A stretch of 64,000 bases of DNA, taken from positions 2,796,034 to 2,860,033 of the forward strand of contig JABFGK010000001.1 in the NCBI GenBank assembly GCA_013112555.1, in the 5' to 3' direction. Position 1 is the first letter of the stretch. Every line of letters starts with the position of its first letter. This stretch comes from Planctomycetota bacterium (lineage in GTDB: Bacteria; Planctomycetota; Phycisphaerae; Phycisphaerales; UBA5793). Positions 57,601 through 64,000 of this stretch are shown here, piece by piece. The notes under the pieces are model-generated. The model had not been told where the DNA came from, searched no databases, and saw only the letters and a program-made list of their open reading frames with translations. The position numbers and the translations under genes are program-made.

Positions 57601-58167
57601 GTCCTCATTCCAGGGGTGCCCGTCAAAGAACCCGCCGATCAACTCGCCGAACTCCGGCCAGTCATAGAAGCAATCCGTGGCGGCATGAACGCCGATGAGC
57701 CCCTTGCCGCTCTCAACGAATGCAAGCAGGCTTGCCTTGAGTTCCTCGTCCTCGAACAGAACGCCGGTGGTGTTGTTCAGCAGAATGGCATCGAATTCGG
57801 CCAGCCGCTCCGACTTGAACACATTCGGATCGTTCGTGACTTCAGCGCGATAGGCGCCGGTCTTGGTTCCCATAACCTCGAAGGCCACGTCACCGACGGG
57901 AATGGACCCATGTGGGTAGCCGGTACACCGGTTGTATACAAGCAGCCGCCGTTCCTTCAGCGGGGCCACCGTGGCCGCTGCCGGGGCAGCCTCGGTGATG
58001 CGTTGACGAACCTCATCGCTCACTTCAACCTGCTGAGCCGAAACGCTCCCGGCTGCAATCGCGACCAGTGCGGCGCTGATGCCCGCGAACGTGGCGCGTG
58101 CCGCCCGTGTCAATCCGGTGCGTTCACATGACGGTACTGAATACACACAGTTTTGCTGCAGTGTCAT
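54625..58167 (-). CDS. Secreted multidomain protein: ThuA-like domain + HEAT/PBS-lyase-like repeats + C-terminal lectin/PA14-like beta-sandwich
   Basis: 1180 aa with a signal peptide. ThuA region: ..RLLVYNRCTGYPHGSIP..GLIGVHAATDCF..FFDGHPW..RVFYCSLGH... The centre is a long helical repeat. The C-terminus reads ..VRFELGSDDGVKVWLNGDVIHNNN..GWNTLLLKITQGGGDW... Confidence 0.8.
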   Translation of the reverse strand: MTLQQNCVYSVPSCERTGLTRAARATFAGISAALVAIAAGSVSAQQVEVSDEVRQRITEAAPAAATVAPLKERRLLVYNRCTGYPHGSIPVGDVAFEVMGTKTGAYRAEVTNDPNVFKSERLAEFDAILLNNTTGVLFEDEELKASLLAFVESGKGLIGVHAATDCFYDWPEFGELIGGFFDGHPWNEDITLKLDDPDHPLNAAFQGDPLVVADEIYQFRDPYTRDNLRVLLSLDPDGTDFSKGNMKRDDGDYAVSWVRSYGHGRVFYCSLGHRNDIFWNPKVLQHYLDGIQFALGDLPADTTPSTEWEAAGRPSSGHGMSLEQALAATAQYEFGQSREPLSALAGYVQRATLGSADDQWAMEQALIGLLNANGSTLDARRFACRQLAVIGGNGAVDLLCTKLLDDELSDMARYALDRIPSARVDEALAAALPGLSGASLIGTLNTMGNRGNSTVQGAILSRISDGVSDDERVAAIGALGKVGTANVPVEYIQSAFFAHADTPSSAMGRASAQAMLVLAERLANTETEQSNPELAASLFAQLYDAKAYPRHVRAAGLTGLCRHFGNDARAVDPVLSLLDHSPDEWWQNTAARMIVYEMPGDEITRGLGSSLRSRLWTVGGKVRMIQALADRGNPRGLGPVYNTMMSLRPDDPDEVLMACIQAISTLGGAESVPALLAISSGKCPQGERPEAIVSAAREALLHLPGSDLKRTLDVLIHSLESRSTGVCMEAARALGGRGVTEATEPIAELLMRPEPKVRTVAWAALAKLADASRVAELGARYVRIDLDADADEVETAAATMQQLCAQSADPDQDVTLVLDKVESDNVACVIRSLEVCAWLGGDEALDAVRTTLNQSSDPAIRLSTLRAMCSWKDAAPLEEVFLIASKTDDLDMHAVAFEGYLRLLALPSKRSARIDAALYKRAVPIAVNDEEHRALLAGLAGVRHELAAEVAESYLQRETLRTDGAVCMIRVAGRFGDLFAEQALAVINKAVRACPGNEEVRLLAGETVNHIERRRDYVSDWLYSGPHTKDQTGGGNLINVPFKPEPGGTEGPDVTWQPVPEEAILDGVIVDFLRFIPGSDRCIYLKTGVWSEREREVRFELGSDDGVKVWLNGDVIHNNNAMRGLSLGQDVVNTTLKEGWNTLLLKITQGGGDWRAACRIRSTDGFHVDGLRVDSSEQGH

Positions 58168-58223
58168 CTATCTACGTCCTCTCCTCTGGCAGAGGGAATC
58201 CTGACTTGGTACGGTCGTTCGGA

Positions 58224-59570
58224 CTACAGGGTCCACGGTTCGCGCATGGCTCGGTCAACCATCCGCGCTGCGGTCGGATCGTCGATGATTGTTTCAGCAT
58301 CGGGATCCCAGCGAATTCGGCGACCGAGTTGCATGGCAATGTTGCCCAGGTGGGCCACGGTAATCGTCCGGTGTGCCTGCTCGATCGGGGCGATCGGTTC
58401 ACGTCGACTCGCCACGCAATCGAGGAAGTTCCGGTGATGGCCGGGCGAACGGGGCAGGTGCACTTCATTCGGCCCGATCGTTTCGTTGAGCAGGGACTTC
58501 GGCTCGGCATCGATGCGGCCGCGATTCGCAAAGACCCACCCGTCATCACCCTCCCACTTCACACCGTTTTCAAAGTTGTTGGTTGCAACCAGTTCGACGC
58601 CGGTGTCATACTTGCACACGAATCGGTAGTTCGTCGCTGCGTCCCACAGGCCGTCGGCTGGGTACTCGCCCACCCCTTCAACTTTGACCGGCCCGGTGTT
58701 CTGAAGCCCGAGCCCCCAGTGAGCAATGTCGATATGGTGCGCACCCCAGTCCGTCACCTGCCCGCCGGAATAGTCGAGAATCCAACGGAAGTTCCAATGG
58801 GTACGGTTCTGGCAATACGGCATCCACGGGGCCGGACCGAGCCACAGATCATAATCGAATCCGTCCGGCACCGGGATCGGCGGATGGTTGCCGGTCGTCG
58901 GCGTGGTCGGCAGGCCGCAGGTCACACGATGGACGGTACCGATTCGGCCGTTGCGCACGAGTTCACAGGCAAAGCGGAATCGGCCGTCGCTGCGTTGCTG
59001 GCTCCCGGTCTGAAACACGCGGCCGTACTGTCGCACTGCATCGCTCATGATGCGACCCTGGGCAATCGTGAGACTGAGCGGTTTTTCACCGTAGATGTCC
59101 TTGCCGGCCCGGGCAGCAGCCGTCACGACCAGCGCGTGCCAATGGTCCGGGGTGGCCTGGACCACGGCATCAATGTCATCGCGGGCCAGCACCTCACGGA
59201 AGTCGTTGTAGTCGTCGCAGCCGCGATAGGTTCCGTCCTGCGATTGCTGGGCATAGTGGCTCAACACGGACTGCCTGGCCGGTGTCCGTTGTCGGAGATC
59301 GGGATCGCAGACGGCCACGAACTGGACCTCCGGGTAGCGCATCAGCGCCCCCATGTCGCCGCGCCCCATGCCGCCGCACCCGATCAGGGCCATCGTGATG
59401 CGATTGCTCGGTGCCACCTGCCCGGACGATCCCGGCCGTCCGAGGACGGATGACGGCACAATGGTTGGGAAGCCGAGAATCGCCGCTGTGGCCGTGGTGC
59501 CGGCTGCCGATTTCAGAAAGGCCCTGCGGGATACGGGGTCCGCTTGTGATCCATCTTTCATGTTGCTCAT
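58224..59570 (-). CDS. Gfo/Idh/MocA-family oxidoreductase with a Tat signal
   Basis: The twin-arginine motif is SRRAFLKSAAG. ..ITMALIGCGGMGRGD.. is the Rossmann motif. I chose the ATG at 59570 with an upstream GGAGAG. Confidence 0.85.
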   Translation of the reverse strand: MSNMKDGSQADPVSRRAFLKSAAGTTATAAILGFPTIVPSSVLGRPGSSGQVAPSNRITMALIGCGGMGRGDMGALMRYPEVQFVAVCDPDLRQRTPARQSVLSHYAQQSQDGTYRGCDDYNDFREVLARDDIDAVVQATPDHWHALVVTAAARAGKDIYGEKPLSLTIAQGRIMSDAVRQYGRVFQTGSQQRSDGRFRFACELVRNGRIGTVHRVTCGLPTTPTTGNHPPIPVPDGFDYDLWLGPAPWMPYCQNRTHWNFRWILDYSGGQVTDWGAHHIDIAHWGLGLQNTGPVKVEGVGEYPADGLWDAATNYRFVCKYDTGVELVATNNFENGVKWEGDDGWVFANRGRIDAEPKSLLNETIGPNEVHLPRSPGHHRNFLDCVASRREPIAPIEQAHRTITVAHLGNIAMQLGRRIRWDPDAETIIDDPTAARMVDRAMREPWTL

Positions 59571-59734
59571 GGGCTCTCCGGATTGCTCGTCGCTGGATTC
59601 GCCAGATACTTTAGGATAGCCCGAACGGCCGAAGCGCTCTGCCGGCGCAGGCGACAAAACAGGGCGGCCCGCTCATGCCCGGCTGTATCAATGACGCAAA
59701 ATCAGCCAGATTGTTCCACGCAATGACGGCCGGG

Positions 59735-61177
59735 TCAGTCACCCATTTCGCGTGTCACGATTGCCATGGCCTCGTTCATGATCCGTTCGACGTCCTTCTC
59801 GGTCGGCCCTTCGACGATCAGACGCATGATCGGCTCGGTATTGCTCGGCCTGACGTGGAGCCAGCACCCCTGCTCAGGCCAATCAACGCGCAAACCATCC
59901 TGGGTATCCTGCTGTTGGCCGGCATATCTCTGTGCCAGTGCCGACAGGACCGTCCTGATCCCGCTCCGGTCCGGCAGGTCGATCTTGGTCTTGCGGATCA
60001 CATATGACGGCAGGGAGTCAACCAGGGTGCTGAGCGGCCGACCGTCAGATGCAAGCAGACTGAGAATGAGTGCCATACCCGAGAGGCTGTCACGCACATG
60101 ACACACCGGCGGCCAGACCACCCCCCCATTGCCCTCGCCGCCGATGACGGCACGCGATCCCTGAATCACTTCCGCCACATTCGCCTCACCGACCGGTGTT
60201 CGGACGACCTGCACGCCGGCCTCGGCTGCCACGTCATCAATCATGCGCGACGTGGATAGATTGGTCACCGCGATCGACGACGATCCTGAATCGGCGCCCG
60301 GGTGGTTCAAGGCATATCGGGCTGCCAGCGCCAGCGTGTATTCCTCGCCGATGTACCGCCCGGTTTCATCCACCACGGCCAGCCGATCGGCATCCGGATC
60401 CTGGGCAAACCCGAGATGGACACCATGCTCGGCGACGGCTGATGCCAGCCCGGTGAGGTTCTGCTTGATCGGTTCCGGCTCATGGGCAAACAGACCGGTC
60501 GGGTCGAGATTCATGCCGACGACGGTGACTCCCAGTTGTGCCAGCAAGGCAGTGGCTGCAGGTCCCCCGGCCCCGTTGACTGAATCGAGGACCACGGCGA
60601 AGCCGGCCTGTCGGATCTGCTCGGGATCGATCGAAGCCAGCACCCGTCGGACGTGTTCATCTATGACGGCCTGATCATCACCAGATTCGACGGTCCCTGA
60701 TGCAGCGGCCAACTCGGTATCGACGGTATGTGTCTCGTAGGTGCTGATGATCGCCTGGGCATCCTGCAGCGCCGGAGCACAACCGGGTGCGACCAGGCAC
60801 TTCAGCCCGTTCCATTGGCCCGGGTTGTGGCTGGCCGTGATGACCATCCCGCCATCGGCCCCCATCATGCCCATTGCCACGGCCATGCTCGGCGTGGTCT
60901 GGACGCCCAGCCGCACGACCCGACACCCGACCGCGCAAAGTCCCCGGACGGCCCCATCCTGCAGTGTGCTGCCGGACGGCCGACTGTCACGACCCACGAC
61001 CACGAGCGGGGGCAAGGGCGAGGGCGGCTGATCGCCGGCCCGGGCCTCGAACAGATGGGTACCGAACGCGGCCGCAAACCGGGCAGCCACGGCAGGCGTC
61101 ATTGATTGATCGACAATCCCCCGCGCTCCGGAGACCGAGAGCATCAGGGGGGCGGACGAGGACTCAGTGTGACTCAT
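59735..61177 (-). CDS. Alpha-D-phosphohexomutase family protein (phosphoglucosamine/phosphomannomutase-like)
   Basis: The active-site loop is ..GGMVITASHNPGQWNGLK.., the metal loop is ..FAQDPDADRL.. and the sugar loop is ..GGEGNGG... Confidence 0.85.
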   Translation of the reverse strand: MSHTESSSAPLMLSVSGARGIVDQSMTPAVAARFAAAFGTHLFEARAGDQPPSPLPPLVVVGRDSRPSGSTLQDGAVRGLCAVGCRVVRLGVQTTPSMAVAMGMMGADGGMVITASHNPGQWNGLKCLVAPGCAPALQDAQAIISTYETHTVDTELAAASGTVESGDDQAVIDEHVRRVLASIDPEQIRQAGFAVVLDSVNGAGGPAATALLAQLGVTVVGMNLDPTGLFAHEPEPIKQNLTGLASAVAEHGVHLGFAQDPDADRLAVVDETGRYIGEEYTLALAARYALNHPGADSGSSSIAVTNLSTSRMIDDVAAEAGVQVVRTPVGEANVAEVIQGSRAVIGGEGNGGVVWPPVCHVRDSLSGMALILSLLASDGRPLSTLVDSLPSYVIRKTKIDLPDRSGIRTVLSALAQRYAGQQQDTQDGLRVDWPEQGCWLHVRPSNTEPIMRLIVEGPTEKDVERIMNEAMAIVTREMGD

Positions 61178-61264
61178 AGTTCGGCAGCATAGCGCGCCAC
61201 GCGAACGCGGTGCACACGCAGTTTCATGAATGCGGGGCTTTCGCTCATGCGTCGCTGGGACGAC

Positions 61265-62707
61265 TCAGGCAGCACACTCGAGGGCCGGGTTGGCACACCC
61301 GTCCAGGGCTGACAGTTCCCAGGGTTCCACTTCCGTCAGGTCGATCACTTCACCGCTGGGTTGGCCCTGGGCCGTGCAGATCTCGACAATGGGCTGATCA
61401 ACACTGTCATGCCGAATACCCACGACGCGTGCGATGCGCTCGTCCGAGAGCAACACATACGATCCGATCGGGTAGAGTCCGATCGACTCGACCAGCGCCC
61501 GGACCATGGGGCGGAACAGGAAGCCTTCGCCTGCCTGCTCGGCAATTTCCATGACGGCCGTGTGAGGCAGTACGTCCGGTCGATACGGCCGCGGCTCATT
61601 GAGGGCCGAAGCCGAGTCCGCGACTGCCAGGAGGCGAGGAAGTTGGCCGATTCGTGAGCCGAGCAAGCCCAGCGGGTAGCCGTGCCCGTTGTCGCGCTCG
61701 TGGTGTCGGTAGGCGGCCATGGCAACCACGTCCGGGATGTCCGGTGAGTTGAGCACCATGAGGGCTGAGTCAACCGGGTGGACAATCACCCGACTGCGGT
61801 CCACATCGCACAAGGCCCCGGGTTGGGTCCGGATTCGTTGCGGCAACATCAGCATGCCGACGTCATGTACCAGGGCGCTCATCCCGGCCAGCCGAATGTC
61901 CTCCTCCCGCCATCCCTTGCGCGCAGCCATCGAGACTGCCAGCACGGCTGCGCCAATGGCATGGTGCGGGATGTAGTTCGAGGTCCGAGGACAGAGCAAC
62001 GCAATCTGAGCAAATCGCCTTCGATCGGTTCGCAACAGCATCATCAGGTCGTCGACCACACCGGCAAAAACGCCGGCCTCGGCAGGCAACCAGGCCAGCA
62101 TCCGCGCATACTGATGGTGAATGCGCGCTGCCTGTTCGTCGCGCCACTGGGCCAACTCCTCGGGGGTCGGCCAGGCTTCCTTCCGCGGGCTGTCATCGTC
62201 CGTTTCCTGTGGCGGTTCTGAGTCCGAATCCGAATCCGATTCCTCATCCACCACGACCGGGTCATGCGGGATGTTCCGGGACAGTTCTGCCCAGGCTTCC
62301 TGCTTTTGTGCCAAGGCTTCCTGATCGAGTTCGTAACGGGCTTGCGCTTCGGCACGAGGCTCAGGCTCGGCCAAAGCAAAGGCTCCGAACTGCAGGGCCT
62401 CGAGGTGGTGATGTTCAAGGCGATCGGCCACCTGCGACAGTGGTCGGCACCCGGCCGTCAGTATCATTCGTGGTGGGGCAGCCTTATGCTTAAAGCGATC
62501 CAGATCAACGGCAGTCAAAACCCCGTCCTTGATGAAGGCCTCCGCCCCGGAAGCCATGTGGAACTCGCTCCAAAGCGCGGTGAGTCTGTCAATAAGAGCC
62601 GGGTTCAGTACCGTCCCGCCCGGCAGCAGTTTGATGCCGCGCATATTGAACAGGCTGTCAGACAACCTCTGACCATCTTGCAGACTGGATGCAGCAATCC
62701 GTTTCAC
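61265..62707 (-). CDS. HD-GYP domain protein (putative c-di-GMP phosphodiesterase)
   Basis: ..ALVHDVGMLMLP.. is the HD motif and ..AAYRHHERDNGHGYPLGL.. is the HHExxDGxGYP motif. The N-terminal region is uncharacterised. Confidence 0.8.
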   Translation of the reverse strand: MKRIAASSLQDGQRLSDSLFNMRGIKLLPGGTVLNPALIDRLTALWSEFHMASGAEAFIKDGVLTAVDLDRFKHKAAPPRMILTAGCRPLSQVADRLEHHHLEALQFGAFALAEPEPRAEAQARYELDQEALAQKQEAWAELSRNIPHDPVVVDEESDSDSDSEPPQETDDDSPRKEAWPTPEELAQWRDEQAARIHHQYARMLAWLPAEAGVFAGVVDDLMMLLRTDRRRFAQIALLCPRTSNYIPHHAIGAAVLAVSMAARKGWREEDIRLAGMSALVHDVGMLMLPQRIRTQPGALCDVDRSRVIVHPVDSALMVLNSPDIPDVVAMAAYRHHERDNGHGYPLGLLGSRIGQLPRLLAVADSASALNEPRPYRPDVLPHTAVMEIAEQAGEGFLFRPMVRALVESIGLYPIGSYVLLSDERIARVVGIRHDSVDQPIVEICTAQGQPSGEVIDLTEVEPWELSALDGCANPALECAA

Positions 62708-62859
62708 GATTCCAATGCTCTCCGGGGGTCGGCAGGGTCGGTGTGGGGGCTCGGTTCGACGCTGAGATATCCAGTATCGACATCACCGGCACGCCACATA
62801 AGGAACGATCGAGACCTTCAGTTGATTATCGGGCCGGTCTGTAGGCCTACGATGCGGAT

Positions 62860-63228
62860 ATGTCCTACCAACTGAGCATTTGTGCCTCCTTTCATGCAGA
62901 ACACGCGCTGCTGCTCAAGGGTGAGCGCGAGCCCCTCCACGCCCATACCTGGCAGGTCACGGCAACGGTTTCAGGCCCATCCCTTGATGAAGACGGCCTG
63001 CTGTGTGACTTCCATGACCTGGAAACCCTGCTCCAGCGCATCGTGGCACCATTCGATCATGGGAATTTGAACCGGATTCCACCGTTTGATGCACACAACC
63101 CATCGGCCGAACTGGTTGCCCGGCACATTGCACAACAAATGGCCCACCAATTACCGCAGGGCATCAGCCTCGAGTCCGTCTCCGTCACTGAAGCCCCCGG
63201 CTGTACCGCCACCTATCGACCAGCATGA
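62860..63228 (+). CDS. queD: 6-carboxytetrahydropterin synthase / 6-pyruvoyl-tetrahydropterin synthase family
   Basis: 122 aa with ..SFHAEHAL..PLHAHTWQVTATV..DFHDLE..FDHGNLN.. as PTPS/QueD family motifs. Confidence 0.75.
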   Translation: MSYQLSICASFHAEHALLLKGEREPLHAHTWQVTATVSGPSLDEDGLLCDFHDLETLLQRIVAPFDHGNLNRIPPFDAHNPSAELVARHIAQQMAHQLPQGISLESVSVTEAPGCTATYRPA

Positions 63229-63282
63229 CATCGAGGCCGACGCCATCACCGAACCACAGGACTGCCGAAGGATGAATGCACT

Positions 63283-63549
63283 GTGATGGTCAATCTCGTG
63301 TTCTATACCAAGCACGACTGCCCCCTGTGTGATCGATTGCGGGAACTGATCCACGAATCGCTCGGCCGCCGGTGGGCTGAACAGGTCTCCATTACCGATG
63401 TGTATATTGAGAACGACCGTGAACTGATGAAGAAGTATGCACTGCGAATCCCGGTGGTCCTGTATAACGAGCGCATCCTGTTTGAGGGTCGGCCTGATGC
63501 TCAGACGGTTCAGCAGGCCCTGGCAGAGATCGGACTCACAACGCCGTAA
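63283..63549 (+). CDS. Glutaredoxin-like protein (DUF836 / thioredoxin fold)
   Basis: 88 aa with ..VFYTKHDCPLCDRL.. as the CxxC motif and ..RIPVVLYNERILFEG... Confidence 0.75.
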   Translation: MMVNLVFYTKHDCPLCDRLRELIHESLGRRWAEQVSITDVYIENDRELMKKYALRIPVVLYNERILFEGRPDAQTVQQALAEIGLTTP

Positions 63550-63573
63550 GGCCCGGAGGTACAAGCCGGCAGC

Positions 63574-64000
63574 ATGAAGCCCAACGCACTCATCCCGAGC
63601 ATGTTCCATCGGCGGCTGGCGCTGCTCACGACGCTGTGCGCTGTCGTCATGTGCGTGCTGGTGGCTCAGTTGTATCACCTGACTGTGGCTGAGGGAGCAC
63701 GGCTGCGTGCCAATGCCGAGCGTGTGCTCGTGGATCGGCAACTCCTGCCGACTCGACGCGGCTCCGTGTACGATCGGAACGGTCTCGAACTGGCTGTGGA
63801 CAATCGGTGCTTTGACTTCCTGGTGGACTATCGCCTCATCACCGGGGCGTGGGTGGCTCAGCAGGCCGGGAGCGAAGCCAGAAGACGCTACCGTGATGTC
63901 TGGGACACGCTCAGCCGCAGTGAACGCGAAGACCGTCGCGAAGAATGCCGCCCTCCCTACGAACAGCAACTGGAAGCCTTCTGGCAGCAGTTGGCGTATG
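63574..64000 (+). CDS. mrdA: Penicillin-binding protein 2-like transpeptidase (N-terminal part; runs off the window end)
   Basis: The membrane anchor is MKPNALIPSMFHRRLALLTTLCAVVMCVLVAQLYHLTV, followed by ..LLPTRRGSVYDRNGLELA.., typical of the PBP dimerisation-domain start. Confidence 0.7.
   Translation, partial: MKPNALIPSMFHRRLALLTTLCAVVMCVLVAQLYHLTVAEGARLRANAERVLVDRQLLPTRRGSVYDRNGLELAVDNRCFDFLVDYRLITGAWVAQQAGSEARRRYRDVWDTLSRSEREDRREECRPPYEQQLEAFWQQLAY

Noticed and set aside
62708-62859. A preQ1 riboswitch upstream of queD.
   Set aside because: There is no preQ1-I/II-like hairpin plus A-rich tail (no ..CCCUC..AAAAAACUA-type sequence), and the region is GC-rich without the conserved core.

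Overview
This is a high-GC (roughly 60%) bacterial chromosomal window. I infer it is Planctomycetota-like. The evidence is HAF-repeat exoproteins, a ThuA-HEAT giant protein, a Tat-signal Gfo/Idh/MocA oxidoreductase, a DUF4159 gene, loosely packed operons and many REP-like palindromes. Positions 1-9.6 kb hold the S10/spc ribosomal-protein cluster on the minus strand (rpsJ to rplF, 17 genes), with unusually long internal spacers. Positions 9.6-19.4 kb look accessory. They contain repeat-filled spacers, a two-gene cassette between 101-bp direct repeats, a frameshifted HAF-repeat gene and a 1023-aa secreted repeat protein. They also contain tRNA-Ser(UGA), which is followed by two 133-bp tandem units that each carry a copy of the tRNA 3' end. 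A lower-GC islet with an IS200/RAYT-type Y1 transposase flanked by REP-like hairpins and a 43-bp tandem repeat completes this region. Positions 19.5-23.7 kb encode a lipoprotein triad (YcfL-like, LpoB-like and a large lipoprotein) plus a beta-helix protein, translationally coupled to polA. The rest is mostly housekeeping or metabolic. It includes prolyl oligopeptidase, an NfsA-like nitroreductase, a Ycf46-like AAA+ ATPase, an aldo/keto reductase, a second HAF paralog, sugar ABC permeases plus a binding protein, rpmI-rplT, rocD, an M50 protease and a NUDIX hydrolase. It also includes fmt-def, a TPR protein, kdsB, an SLC13 permease, a DUF4175-like/DUF4159 pair, a ThuA-HEAT protein, a phosphohexomutase, an HD-GYP protein, queD, a glutaredoxin-like protein and the start of a PBP2-like gene. 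I found no rRNA, CRISPR array, integrase or recognisable defence system. At least seven conserved genes, including rplB, rplV and polA, change reading frame at single positions. Most of these are in homopolymer runs, so assembly indels are the most likely cause. All family assignments come from reading the translations by eye, and no searches were run.
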